From: Cyanophora paradoxa CCMP329
Lineage: Eukaryota; Plantae; Glaucophyta
Length of the DNA stretch: 64,000 nt
Direction: 5' to 3'
Assembly (NCBI GenBank): GCA_004431415.1
Contig: QPMI01000692.1
Location: 1-64,000 of the forward strand
The notes below the pieces were generated by a model that was not told the origin of the DNA, did no database searches, and saw nothing but the letters and a program-made list of their open reading frames with translations. Position numbers and translations under genes: made by a program. This document shows, piece after piece, positions 37,842 through 50,137 of this stretch; the first letter of the stretch is position 1, and every line of letters begins with the position of its first letter.

Positions 37842-39665
37842 ATGGAACGCGCGGAGGACATCGCGCACCGCGTGCTGCGCGGCATGTCTGGGCTCCACTG
37901 CAGCAATGATGGTGCTTCTGGACCGCTTTCGGCACGTCCGCGCTCTCTGAGATTGGAATTCGCAGGTGGTCCGCTCCCAGCTGCAGCGCCAGGGGGAGCC
38001 GCCAAGCCTCGAGACGGTCCATATCTGCTCGACGCTTCTAGCTTCAGCGTCTTGGCACGGCTCGCATGAGCCGCCTCCGCCGTTCATCCACGAGGAGTCC
38101 ATGAGCGAGACGCTCAGCGAGGCGGGGATCCCGTCCCAGGATCCGGCCGTGGCGCAGCGTCTGGCGGAGCCATCGCCTCTTCTTTCTCTAGGGAAGGTGT
38201 GCTGCGTGTGCAGCGCAGCAGGCGCCAACGCCACCGCGCCAGCTAACCGCGGGAGCGCAGCTGCTCGGCTTCGCGGGCGAGACGCCGCGGAACGTGCTTT
38301 GGACGCCCGACGGGCGGCGCCTCATCTTCTCGTGCGCGTCGACCGTCGTCGTGATGGACGTGTCGCCGCGGGAGGAGGCCGTGCGCGCCCCGCGGGGCGG
38401 CGGCGGCGGCTGCGGCCCGCAGCAGTTCCTCGCAGGGCACACGGCGCCCATCGCCGCGATGGCTCTGCAGCCGCGCGGCGAGCTGCTCGCGACAATCCAG
38501 GAGGGGAAGCACCCGCTGGCGCGCCCGCTCCCGCCCCGGGTTCCCCCTCGCCCTCCAGCTCAGCCGCCCGCAGGTGCGCGTGTGGAACCTCGCGACGATG
38601 TGAAGCGCGGCGCTGTTCAATCCGCGCGCTTCGAGCAGCACTCCGCCGCCCGCCCGCAGCGGCCCGGCGCACCTGACACGGTACCCCTCTCCCTTTCTTC
38701 CCCTACATGTGTACCCCCTCACGCGGGTGGGAGTACAGCTCCTGCTGAACCGGTTCGGACTGATCAACCTCCTCCGCGTCGCGTTCGCCGAGGCCGCCGG
38801 TTCGGCTCCCGCCCGGGGGCGTTCTTTCGCTCTGCCGCGCCGCGGGTCCCAGCCCGCCCCGCGCAGAGGCCTCCGGGGAGGGACCCGCCAGCAAAGAGTT
38901 CGGCAAGAACGGAAGCTACGGCGGCGGGTACGAACTCCGCCCCCCACCTGTCCATCGGTACCCCGCTTCCTGTCCCGAGCCTGACGCCCCGGGCAGGGTA
39001 CAGGAGCTCGCGGAGGAGTTGTTCGCGGAGATGGAGGCCGCGGGGGCCCCCCTCTCCGAAGGCGCCGTGCGTACCCCCCGCCGCTCGAACCCCGACCGCA
39101 TGCTTACCCCTCGTTGACTGAACCGCGTACCCCCCAGGTGGCCTTCGAAGCCTTCGGCAGCCTCGCGCTGCGGACCGAGAAGCTCCGGCCCCTCTTCCGC
39201 GCCGCCTACAGGGTACGCCGCCACGCCTCTTCCCCCCGCCACCCCCTCTCTCCTTCTGACGACCGCGTACCCCCGCAGCTGGGCGAGCGCGAGATGGCGT
39301 TCGCGCAGCCGCCGGCGTGGTACAGCTGGAGGGGTACGGCCGATTTCTGGGAGGAGTGCAGGCGGGGCGGACCCGCCTCAGCGCCGGACGCGCCGGCGCC
39401 GGCGCCGCCCTCCGAGCGCGGCGCGGCCTCGCCCCCCGGGCCCCCGGATCCCGGGCCCGAACCCAATCTGGAGGGGTGCGGACCGGGCCCGGGTACCGCC
39501 ACGGACGCGGAGGCCGGGGAGGCGCCGGCGGGGGTACCGGACGAGGAAGGCGCGGGGGCGGGGGCGGGGGCGGCGGTGCCTGCGATCGCCGTGGAGGGGG
39601 TACCCGGCGAGCCCGATCGCGAGGCTGTACAGGCGGGAGCGGAGGCGGGCGAAGCGCTCCCGTAG
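37842..39665 (+). pseudogene. Chimeric pseudogene: WDR90 5' copy fused to a copy of the 3' end of the dynein-light-chain-domain gene
   Basis: 37810-38625 is the reverse complement of ~20670-21485 and 38626-39665 is the reverse complement of ~28570-29640. In-frame TGA at 38601 where WDR90 has CGG. Confidence 0.85.
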
Positions 39666-41135
39666 CCGCCCACTCTGCGCGGTAGTCGCCACGTGCCACT
39701 GTGCTGCAGCTGTATAATTCTTGCGAACGTCCAGTCTAGACCCAGATTCTTCGGTGACGTCGACGTCATGATCATGATAAAGCTCCTATCTAGTTTAACA
39801 AGAGACGCAACGTATACGTATACGTACCCGGTCGTGAATCGTGCACGTGCCCCCGCTCAGCGGCTGCAAACGCGCATGCATATGCATATGCGCACGTGCA
39901 CGCCTGGCGCCAGAGTCGATCGTGAGCTCGGTCGTAGTCAGCCCATAAAATTAAACATACGCAGCGATCAACAGCAATGAAGAGTACGTATACGTATACT
40001 GCATGCAAGCGTGGATTTCCTGAATCGACTCGGCAAGACTGCGTGGCACAAATCCGGGCTCTTTAGATGCCTATGCTATCAAACAATGCTCTCTAAGTGA
40101 TCTCGGTCCCCAGACGGTACAGCTCGAGCTCAGTCACTGCTATGGCCTGCTCTCAGTAGGCGAGGGCGGCGTGCCCAACGTCGACGTCCATGCTATCAAA
40201 CAATGCACTCTAAGTGATCTCGGTCCAGGTTATACGTTCAGCTCAGTCACTGCTATGGACCGCCCTCAGAAGGCCACGGCGGAGTGCCCCAGGGCGAGCC
40301 AGGCGTGGCAGAAGCTGCCGGCGCCCTCCGCCGGCCCGTCCTGCGCGCGGGCGAGGGCCGAGGGGGCGGCGGGTCGGGTCCGGCGCGGGGCGAGGGCGAG
40401 GGCGAGAACCGAGGGGCGGCCGCGGAGGCTTAGACCACTAGCGCGTGGGACGCGCGGCGAGGGCCGCGGGGCGGCCTCGGCCGGTCGGGACAGGGCCAAG
40501 CTTAAGTTATAGGCGCGTGGGTGGGCGTGGGCCAAGGGGGCGGCGGCGGCGGAGGCCTAAATCACTAGAGAGCTCGGAGGCGGCCCGGCCTCGGCGGGTC
40601 GGGTCCGGACAGGGCGCGCACGCGCACCGCGTGGACGGGGGGCTCCTCGAGTCCCGCAAGCGACTCGTGCGCCTCGCCCGCCCCGGCCCCGGCCCCGACC
40701 CACGCCGCCGGCCCTGAGCGACGCTTTCATGGACGGAACTTCTATGAACGGAACGGGCGGAGCCGAGCGGGGCGCGCGCATGCGCACCGGCGGCGTCCGA
40801 ATCGAAGTCGTACAGGGCCGCGGCGGAGTAGGGGACGAGCTCGAGGACCTCGGCGGCCTCGATGGCGAGGACCTGATCGGCAGGCGGGGTCAGTGAGTCA
40901 GCGTTCGGGGTTTACGTCGCCGAGGGCGTGTTCACGTCACGCCAGGGGCACCAAAGCCTGGTGCTTTTACAGCTGAAACATTTAGATTTCCGCGTAGTTT
41001 ATTAACAACTAACGTGGCTAATGCTTCTTTTTCAACAATAATCCTTATCCAGGGCAAAGGATTACGCCAGGTACTAGGCTGTTACTTATTCGCGTTACGC
41101 TGCTAGTTATATAGAGCCGCGCGCGGCCGAGGGCG

Positions 41136-44100
41136 TTAACGCGTTCGCGACCGCGAGCGAACCGGGGTATCGAGCTGCTGCGGCTGCTGCTCTTCCTCCT
41201 CAGCGGGAGGCGGCGCTTGCTCCTCCTCAGCCGGCGGCGCCGGCGCCTGCTCCTCCTCGGCGGGCGGCTGCTGCTGCTCCTCTTCAGCCGGCGGCTGCTG
41301 CTGCTCCTCCTCGGCGGGCGGCTGCCGCTGCTCCTCTTCAGCCGGCGGCTGCTGCTGCTCCTCCTCGGCGGGCGGCTGCTGCTGCTCCTCTTCAGCCGGC
41401 GGCTGCTGCTGCTCCTCCTCGGCGGGCGGCTGCTGCTGCTCCTCTTCAGCCGGCGGCTGCTGCTGCTCCTCCTCGGCGGGCGGCTGCTGCTGCTCCTCTT
41501 CAGCCGGCGGCTGCTGCTGCTCCTCCTCGGCGGGCGGCTGCGGCTGTTCTTCTTCAGCAGGCGGTGCTTGCTCCTCCTCGGCGGGGGGCGGTGCTTGCTC
41601 CTCCTCGGCGGGGGGCGGCGCCTCTTCCTCAGCTGGCGGCTGCATCTGCTCCTCCTCGGCGGGCGGCGCCTGCTCCGCATCCTCACCCGTCCCCTGCAGC
41701 TGCTCCAAACCCGCGGCCATCTTCTCCTGTAGATGGTCCATCGCCCGTTCCTGCAGCTCCTCTTGAATGTTCTCCTTGAGCTCCTCCTTGAGCTGGTCCG
41801 TAATGCTGTCCTTTGCCCCCTTCTGGCCCTGCTTGGCGCCCTTCTTGGCTCCATTCTTGGTGCCCTTCTTGGCTCCCTTCTTGGTGCCCTTCTTCGCTCC
41901 CTTCTTGGCTCCCTTCTTGGCTCCCTTCTTGGCTCCCTTCTTGACGCCCTTCTTGGCTCCCTTCTTGACGCCTTTCTTCATACCCTTCTTGGCTCCCGTC
42001 TTGACGCCCTTCTTCATGCCCTTCTTGACACCCGTCTTGACGCCCTTCTTCATTGCGCGCTTGGCCCCCTTCTTCGCGGCGGCCTTGACCCCCTTCTTCA
42101 CGGCGTGCTTCGCTGCCTTCTTGGCGGCTGCCTGCGGATTGCCGTTGATTAATTACAAGTGCGCGGCGGCCGCAGAGGGGCGCGGGGGGGGCGCAGGGGG
42201 CATGCCTTGCCCGCTTTCTTGGCCGCCTGCGCCACGCACGCACGGGCCGCGTAAATACAAGTCCCGATCGGAGCGGGAAGACTTGAATCTAAATCAAATT
42301 TCTTAATAACGCACCATGCTGGCGGCCTTGCCGCCGGGCGCGGCCATGCTGCCAACGTCCGCGGCCAGCATGGCCCCATTCATGAGGGCGCCCTTCCAGT
42401 CCCCGGCCTGCCCGGGGGCGCCCCGTGTCAAGCTTCAAGGCAACACAGAAGGCATACAGCAAGCTCTAGCCGGTCCGAGCGAGGGGCCCGGGGCATTCAT
42501 GTACAACTCAGCGTCCTGAAGGCATAAAAAAAGCAGAAGGCATAAAAAAACGAAGCTCTAGCCAGGCCGAGGGGGCCCGGGGCACTATTTTTCCGATCCG
42601 GTCGGACCTTGACGGCGTCCGCAAAGTCGAGGGCCGTCTAATTAATCAGCATGCTAGCCTCCTAACCCCACACATATTTTAAGATTAACCTCCTAACCTC
42701 CTAACCATATTCTAAGTTTAATGCCTGGATCCCGGTCGCACCTTGACAGCGTCCTCGAAGTCGAGGGCCGTCTGCGCCGTGTCGCCGACGATGGGCACCT
42801 TGACGTCACGCGGCCCCCCCACGTTCAGCGATGCGACACGGGCACCTTGGCGGCTTATATAATATATAGGCCACTTGTACTAGGAAAAGGGGCCGGGGCC
42901 GGGGCGGGGGGGAAGGGGAGGGGGGTACCTTGGCGGCCGCCTTCGTCGCCGACACGCGGAAATCGTTCGCCTCCCGAAGGAGCCCCTGCCTCACTAAGTT
43001 AACCGAGAAACGTTTCAAGTTACTAAGAACAAACTGATTAAATTGGCTCAAAGACCTACTTGTACTTCTATAGCTAGTAACCCGAATTAACGTAATACTT
43101 CTATACCACATGCACAGGAACCCCTGCGCACGTCGCGCGTACTTAAGCTTCTATATATAGCTAGTAGTTTAACAAACTTGTACTTAAGCTTCTATATATA
43201 GCTAGTAGTTTCAAGAAGTTACTAGCAGGAACTCCTGCGCCCCTCGCGCGGACGGACGCCGATCGATATCGATGTCGGACCCCGCCGCGCCCTAGCCTAG
43301 GCCTCTAGCGCAAGCACGGGGGCCGGGGGGCCGGGGGGTGGGGCGGGAGGGCGGGGGGGGGGGGAGGAGGCGGGGGGGCGGGAGGGCGGGGGGCGGGAGG
43401 GCGGGGGGGGGGAAGGGCGGGAGGGCGGGGGGGCGGGGCGGGAGGGCGGGGGGGGGGGGGGGGGGGGGGCCTCGAGCTCGGAGCACGCATGCACATGCCG
43501 AGCGAGCGGACGCCGATCGCGATCGATCGATATATATTCACCCCCGCCTCGTCCTAGCCTAGCCTCTAGCGCAGGCAAGATCTAGAGGGCCTGGGGGGAG
43601 CGCGCGGACCTTCACGTTGCCAGAGGAGGCCGCGTCGAATCCCTTGTCCGCGAACTTGCGCGTCGCGTCGACCTGTAGATCAAATCAAAAATCGAGCAAG
43701 CGCGGCGCTTCATGAATATCGATATCGTCCTGGGCAGCGGAGGGAACGCGAGCGGTCAGCGTCCTGTGATTACGTTATGCACTCCGTTCGCTAGTTGATG
43801 TTAGATGTTAGATGATGTTAGAAATTCCGGCTCGCGATATGTATAGATCGCGCCCCGTCGCCGGCGCTGGCCCGATCGACGTGCGCGGACCATTTCGGTG
43901 GCGCCCTTGCCCGCGTCGACCATCGCCTTCCCAAGAGATCCCGGCATCTGCAGATGGGATCCCGTCGGTGCCGGCGCCGTCTTCAACGCGCGAGCGGCGG
44001 CGTAGCCACTAGGACTAGGGAGGAGAGGGGGGGGGGGAGGGGGGGGGGGAATCCGCCGAAGTCTGTCTCCCCCTCATTCAAAGAAAGGCAGATACAGGCG

Positions 44101-46204
44101 CTGAGGCTCCGGCGAACCCCCTTTCTACTCGTGAGCTAGGCCCGTCGCCCCGCAAAGAAGTGAACGCGGGCGAAATTAAACTATGCAGCAGCGCCCAGCC
44201 CGGCGACGGCGCGCGCGGCCGCCCCACGCGCGAAATCAGAAACGGCCGCACGTGTTTTCCAACGCCTTTGAGAAGACCGCCCCCGACCTTCAGACTTCCC
44301 GTCATCATGTTAACCTTGGCCATGAGCACGCCCTGTCGTGTACCCCCGCCCGACCGAAGACCTAATGATCAGCGGCCAGCTATTTATAGCGAGGCGAGCG
44401 AGGCTATATTTAGCGACCTTCGCGGCGCCCTTGATGTCGCCTTTGGCGAGGGCTTTCGCCGTGCTCTTGGCCGTGTTGTAGACCGATTTGATTTGCCCGG
44501 TCTGCGGGATCGATATCGTGCTCATGATCAGGTGGATCAGAGTCTGAAGGCTAGGTAGGTGCAGACGGCTGCTTCTGCCATACAGGCCCAGCCGGAGGCC
44601 TAGGTCGCGGCGCGGCGCGGCGCACCGCATGTTTGACTGCGTGCTTCGCCACCGATTTCACGCCCTTGCCCACCGTTTTCACGCCCTTCTGGATGCCCTT
44701 GCCGACCTGCGGGAGCCGTATAGGTAGCTTTAGTATAGCTTTATAGTATAGGCCTCTAGATCTAGATCTGAGCCGCTTGTAATATATCTAGCTTTACAGT
44801 TTAGCTATGTATAGGCCAGTCCTCTCGTATAATAATTACCTTGCTGACGCCCTTGGAGATGCCCTTGACGACCTGCACAAGCCGGGCCGCCCCCGGTTCA
44901 GCGCGGGCTCGAGTCCAGCGGGAGCCCAGTGGCCCCAGGCCTTGGCTTGCTCAAGTTTACCGCTCGCAATAAAATGGCCAGTAGAGGTATAGCTTTCTAG
45001 CATAGGCCTCTTAGCCGCTTATAGTTTAGTTTGGCTTTGTAGTGTAGGCCAGTCCTCTCGTATAATAATTACCTTTCTGACGCCCTTGGAGATGCCCTTG
45101 CCGACCTGCACAAGCCGGGCCGCCCCCGGTTCAGCGCGGGCTCGAGTCCAGCGGGAGCCCAGTGGCCCCAGGCCTTGGCTTGCTCAAGTTTACCGCTCGC
45201 AATAAAATGGCCAGTAGAGGTATAGCTTTCTAGCATAGGCCTCTTAGCCGCTTATAGTTTAGTTTGGCTTTGTAGTGTAGGCCAGTCCTCTCGTATAATA
45301 ATTACCTTTCTGACGCCCTTGGAGATGCCCTTGCCGACCTGCACAAGCCGGGCCGCCCCCGGTTCAGCGCGGGCTCGAGTCCAGCGGGAGCCCAGTGGCC
45401 CCAGGCCTTGGCTTGCTCAAGTTTACCGCTCGCAATAAAATGGCCAGTAGAGGTATAGCTTTCTAGCATAGGCCTCTTAGCCGCTTATAGTTTAGTTTGG
45501 CTTTGTAGTGTAGGCCAGTCCTCTCGTATAATAATTACCTTTCTGACGCCCTTGGAGATGCCCTTGCCGACCTGCGCAAGCCGGGCCGCCCCCGGTTCAG
45601 CGCGGGCTCGAGTTCAGCGGGAGCCCAGTGGCCCCAGGCCTTGGCTTGCTCAAGTTTACCGCTCGCAATAAAATGGCCAGTAGAGGTATAGCTTTCTAGC
45701 ATAGGCCTCTTAGCCGCTTATAGTTTAGTTTGGCTTTGTAGTGTAGGCCAGTCCTCTCGTATAATAATTACCTTGCTGACGCCCTTGGAGATGCCCTTGC
45801 CGACCTGCGCAAGCCGGGCCGCCCCCGGTTCAGCGCGGGCTCGAGTCCAGCGGGAGCCCATGGCCATAGGCCTTAGCTTAGCTAAGCTTAAATGCTCGCA
45901 ATAAAACGGCCGGTCCCCTGGTATAATAATTACCTTGCTAACTCCCTTCTTGATCTGCGGGCGGCGGGACCGTCGGGCTCACATTCAGCAATGCGTTGGA
46001 CCCAAACTGATACTCTTTCAAATAAAAAACGAAATCGAATTCGAACCTTCTTGAAGAGTTTTCTGAGAAATTCCGGTGGCCGGGGGGGGGGGGGGGGGGG
46101 GTCATGATCAGCACTAGTCGTGCACTCACGCACGGCCCGAGGGGGCCGGACGCGCGCGCGGCCGAGGGCGGGGGGGGTACGTCAGGGGCGCACTTGAACA
46201 CCAT
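41136..46204 (-). CDS. Unknown protein: cationic 11-mer K/G repeats, central PT-TG-like hydrophobic segment, KKG repeats, acidic PPAEEEQQQ tail; many microexons
   Basis: Spliced: MVFKKLFKK-IKKGVSK-(VGKGISKGVS/RK)x5-VGKGIQKGVKTVGKGVKSVAKHA...VPIVGDTAQTALDFEDAVK...AGDWKGALMNGAMLAAD...(KKGA)n...(PPAEEEQQQ)n. Confidence 0.7.
44812..45860. repeat. 233-bp tandem array (~4.5 copies); each unit is a 33-nt exon plus a 200-nt intron
   Basis: CCTCTCGTATAATAATTACC recurs at 44821, 45054, 45287, 45520 and 45753. Copies are nearly identical. Confidence 0.95.
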
Positions 46205-47349
46205 TTTCGATCACTCGAGCTCGACGTTACTCCCGATGTTCCGAAGACCGTTATCAGGTGAGAACGTAGGCGACCTGCGACGCTCATGATCAGACAAATC
46301 ATAAACAGATACAACGTTCGATCAGAAGCGGCCGCGGAGGCTCTAAGGGTATCGATGCATATGGATCAAGACAGGAATCTCCCAGTCCGGTCACGGCGTC
46401 CCACGGCCGAGCCGCGACCGAGTGGGGTGCGCGCGTCCGTACATGCATGCATATGTAGATGGTTATCGTACAGTGCGAAGTTAGCTGGCCGCGGCCGAGC
46501 GACCCGGCCGCGCGCGCTGCGCGGACTCTCGCACGGGCATGGGCACGTGCACGGGAGTGGGCCGGCCCGGGGACGGCCCGGCGGCCGCGGCACAGGCCCG
46601 CGCGCGACCATAGGGCGTGGTTTGCGCGTGGGCCGCGGTACTAGGGCGAGGGCCGGGGCTCACCGGCGATACGAAGCGGAAGCCTGCGAAGCGCGCGAGG
46701 AGCGCGTGGTCCAGAGCTCGAGGGGCACGCGCGCGCGGCGTGGTCCACGGTCCGGCGCGGCGGCTAGTCCGTCGACGATCGCTCCGCGGCCGAGGCTCGA
46801 CCGGCGCGCGAGTAGAGCTAGCTATAGGCGCCGATGCGCTGCGCGCGGCGGGGTCCGCCGACTCTGCGACAGTCGACTCCGCGCTGCGGCAGCTGCAGTG
46901 CGCAGTGCCGATGGTCGCCCGCGCCGGCGAATTCAAAGTCGCCCTCGTCCTCGCCGGGTCGTTCAAGTTCGAACGGGGGCGCTGCGCCCGCGCCCGCGCT
47001 CGGCGGCGAGGCTACCTATAGCTAGCTAGCTAGCTACCGCGGACCGCGGCCGGTAGACGACGGTAGTTCTGCTGCGCGGCCCGGCCGCTGCGCACTGCGG
47101 CGATGCGCATGCGCAGTGCGCAGTGCGCACGCGATGAGTGGGCAGCGTGGCCGAGCTGCATGCGCAGCCTGCAGCAGCGTGGCTGCGTGGGCCGAGTCCC
47201 GCGACCCGGTGACCGGCTGGTGGCAGCCTCCTTTCACCAAGTTTCACCAGCACCAGGGTACGCGAGCCCGGGGAGTGTACCGGTTCAGTGCGTACCGAGT
47301 ACGGTCTGTATGATCGGCGTGGAAATCCGACTCCGCAAATCCTCGCGGT

Positions 47350-47849
47350 ACGCAGTACTGCGGTGCAAGCTTGATGCAGTGAAAAGTAGTCCAGGCGGCA
47401 CGGGTACCGTGCGGCGTACGCGGCGCACTGCAGCTGCGAGGAAGCGGAAATCTAGAGGAGACAGCTAGAGAGAAGTGGTTCCATGCAGAACCGCGCAACG
47501 AAGAGCAAGGCGCGTACACGACGCACTGCGAGGAAGCCGAAATCTAGAGGAGACAGCTAGGGAGAACTGGATATCGATCCATCATGGCATGCAGAACCGC
47601 GCAAGGAATTCGAAGACGGGAGTGAGAGAGAAGTTATAGTTTTCCCCTCGAAAACCACTTTTCCCCCTCGACTTTGACGCTCGAAAGTCGAAGGCTGACC
47701 GGTCCACCGAGCCAATCGGAACGCGAATAACGGCTCATTTTTTTCTGTTGTTGCATACTGGACCTCGAAAACGGCCTCCTAGAAAAATTTTGCCTGAAGC
47801 GAGGGAACGGGAAGCAAGGGGGGAAGACCTTCTGTCTTTTTTCCCCCCT
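47350..47849. mobile_element. Partial, diverged, inverted copy of the MITE at 55165-56141 (family A)
   Basis: Reverse-complement similarity to ~55165-55830. Ends in TTCCCCCCT; the other terminus is not seen. Confidence 0.8.
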
Positions 47850-47929
47850 AGACTTCGAATTCAGGGCACTGCGGTCTTTCTTTGTCTTCAAATTTAAATA
47901 GCCTCGCTACTTCATTAATATATTCATCA

Positions 47930-48180
47930 CACTAGTAAAAACCACCCCAGTTCGCTTCGATGCGAACCTTAGAGATCGCCACTCTGTGAACAGGATTCAC
48001 TCATAATAGGTAGAACTATTTTGTATGGCGAAGTCTGTGAACACTATACGAATTGTACCCGTAATTCTAAAGAAGTCGAGAGTTCGAAAACCAGAGTTCC
48101 AGACTTCGCACAGAGTTCGCGGTCAGAGTTCCCGAGTTCGCTGCATAGTTCGGCTGCAGAGTTCGAGCAGAGTTCGGTCT
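47930..48180 (+). mobile_element. Possible CACTA-like terminus with GAGTTCG subterminal repeats
   Basis: CACTAGTAAAAA at 47930 followed by ~7 (CA)GAGTTC(G/C) repeats at 48079-48177. No partner end in the window. Confidence 0.3.
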
Positions 48181-48654
48181 ATATATAGAACAGCGAGGCG
48201 TGCCGGGCGCCCGCCCCAGGCGCGCCGCCCCGCCCGCCTGCTCGCCATCCAGCAGCCCCGGAGCATAGCAGGCATGCATACGGAAGTCCTGCAACACTTA
48301 AAACATGGCGCCGCCCTTGCGGCCGCTCGCTATTGCTACCGGAAGCTACCACTAGGAGAAGAATGCTAGCGCAGGTACGCGTGCCCGGCCGCGCCCGCGC
48401 CAGCGCCCGCTCTGCTCGTGCCCGCTCCACTCGCGCGCGCCGCCCGCTCCGCTCGCACGCGCCGCCCGCTCCGCCCGTGTCCACTCTGCTCCGCTCGTAC
48501 ACGCCTCCAGCGCCGCCCGCAGCCGCGCCCACTCCGTTCCGCTCGTGCGCGCCCGCTCCGCTCGCGCACAGCCACTCTGTCGTCGCACACCCCGAGTTCC
48601 ACGTTATCCTGCAAAGGGGATACATAAGGCGATGGAGCGGGAGGAAGGGTACGG

Positions 48655-48916
48655 ACATCTAGACCTAGGGCCCCCTTCGGGCCCGCGCGGGAGGGGTACG
48701 CCACCGCCGTCGCCTTTGGACCAAGGGCCGATAGGGCGCCCGTTGCCCGAAGGCGGCAGCGAAGGCGTACCCCCACCGGGGACCCGGAGGGAGCGCGCGG
48801 GGAGGGGTTTGTGCATCTAGACCTAGGGCCCCCTTCGGACCCGCGCGGGAGGGGTACGCCACCGCCGTCGCCTTCGGACCAAGGGCCGATGGGGGGCCCC
48901 TTGCCTGAAGGCGGCA
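48655..48916. repeat. ~100-bp GC-rich direct repeat (158-bp spacing) at the left flank of the viral element
   Basis: CATCTAGACCTAGGGCCCCCTTCGG...GAAGGCGGCA at 48656 and 48814. Confidence 0.85.
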
Positions 48917-49286
48917 TCGCTCGCATGCAGGTAAGCCCCACCAATTGCGCGACCTTCCCACTACCATTCTCAGTAAGCCCATTATCCATTTTCAAATTTC
49001 TCAGTAAGGCTCAGTAACAAACTATAAAATAGCACTGTATTTTTCAGACTTCTAACCTCTCCTTACTGAAACCAATCACGAAACCCTTTCATTCTTTATT
49101 TTTCTAATTCCTTACCATTCCCAGTAAGCCCTTTAACTTTCCCCCGATCTCTCAGTAAGGACAGTAAGACCCTTATTTTTACGAAATGTTCCCGATCGTT
49201 TCCGGACTGTTTTCAGTTAGCCAAATTGAAAAATCCAGGTAAACCCCACCAAATAAACAAGTGATCCCCACTTAAAGATATCCCGA

Positions 49287-49625
49287 ATGTATAATGTAAC
49301 AATGGCAAGCAATCAAGTAAATTTACCTGAGAGTAAGCGGTGCAATGTTTGCGATAAGGTAAAACCGGCATCGAGTTATGCATTGCAAAAGCGTAGCTCA
49401 GGGAATGTACTTTTGAATTGGAGATGCAAAGACTGCGACCGAGAGTATCACAATTACCTTTATCATTGTGTGTTAAAAACGCGTCCGAAGATCGAAGTAC
49501 AATCGAAGATATGCTCGCACTGCAAGATTGAGAAGCTTGCAAGTGAGTTTAATAAAAGACAAAGAACGAAGGATGGTCTCAACTACCAATGCCGAGAGTG
49601 TTATAGCAAAACACGTAAGAGTTAA
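49287..49625 (+). CDS. Viral double zinc-finger protein (CxxC...CxxC x2, HNH-endonuclease N-terminal/Stc1-like fingers)
   Basis: KRCNVCDKVK...WRCKDC and KICSHCKIEKLASEFNK...DGLNYQCREC. Confidence 0.75.
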   Translation: MYNVTMASNQVNLPESKRCNVCDKVKPASSYALQKRSSGNVLLNWRCKDCDREYHNYLYHCVLKTRPKIEVQSKICSHCKIEKLASEFNKRQRTKDGLNYQCRECYSKTRKS

Positions 49626-49851
49626 ACCGAATTTCATTTTATATTTTTTAAAGCAAGTTTGTGCTGCCGAAAATGCCCACCTGCACAAACTTGCGAGACC
49701 AAGGTAAGCCCCACCGACAAAGTACGACGATAGACCACGATTAATCGCAACTGGAACCACTCGCGCCCCGCCCACTATGCAAGATACATGCCTTTCTTAT
49801 GCATGATCTATGAAAAATAACAATAAACCCCTTTCTCATTCTTCGAATTCT

Positions 49852-50115
49852 TTACATAGGAGCACTCACAGGAATTTCGCTTGCCTTTCGAACAGTCCCC
49901 CGATTAAATGCTTGCTCTACAATCGCTTCCTTTGTGAGTGGAATCGGAATTCCAGCGGCAATACACGATTTAACTTCTTTGTCCACAATCTCGTCAGTTG
50001 CTGACATTGCGCGACTTTTCACTACATTAGTAATCCACTCAGCAGGGGAGAACGCAATATATTCCATTGCCGACTTTTCTGTATTCGATAGAATCACCTC
50101 AAATATGTTCGACAT
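49852..50115 (-). CDS. Small phage-like tail-fibre-associated protein
   Basis: LSNTEKSAMEYIAFSPAEWITNVVKSRA...IPLTKEAIVEQAF resembles (from memory) small hypothetical proteins encoded beside tail fibres in aquatic tailed phages. Confidence 0.6.
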   Translation of the reverse strand: MSNIFEVILSNTEKSAMEYIAFSPAEWITNVVKSRAMSATDEIVDKEVKSCIAAGIPIPLTKEAIVEQAFNRGTVRKASEIPVSAPM

Positions 50116-50137
50116 TCTTTATTCTAAGAAAAGAAAA

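Noticed and set aside
37810-39665. RIP-like CpA-to-TpA mutation in host duplicates
   Set aside because: Differences between the WDR90 copies are mixed and mostly synonymous, with no directional signature.
40017-40960. Small minus-strand gene fragment with a ~70-bp direct repeat
   Set aside because: Exon-like pieces are visible, but no confident start or product.
43221-43252. Helitron 3' ends (hairpin + CTAG|T), here and at ~28318-28346
   Set aside because: CTAG and GC hairpins are ubiquitous in this genome; no 5' end or RepHel is visible.
44812-45860. CRISPR-like array
   Set aside because: Units are wholly repeated with no unique spacers; each is an exon plus intron.
1-47000. Most long Pro/Arg/Gly-rich ORFs in the track
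   Set aside because: Shadow ORFs caused by high GC and intron read-through.
49673-49820. Degenerate small CxxC gene after the Zn-finger ORF
   Set aside because: Needs both a frameshift and a stop readthrough; too speculative.
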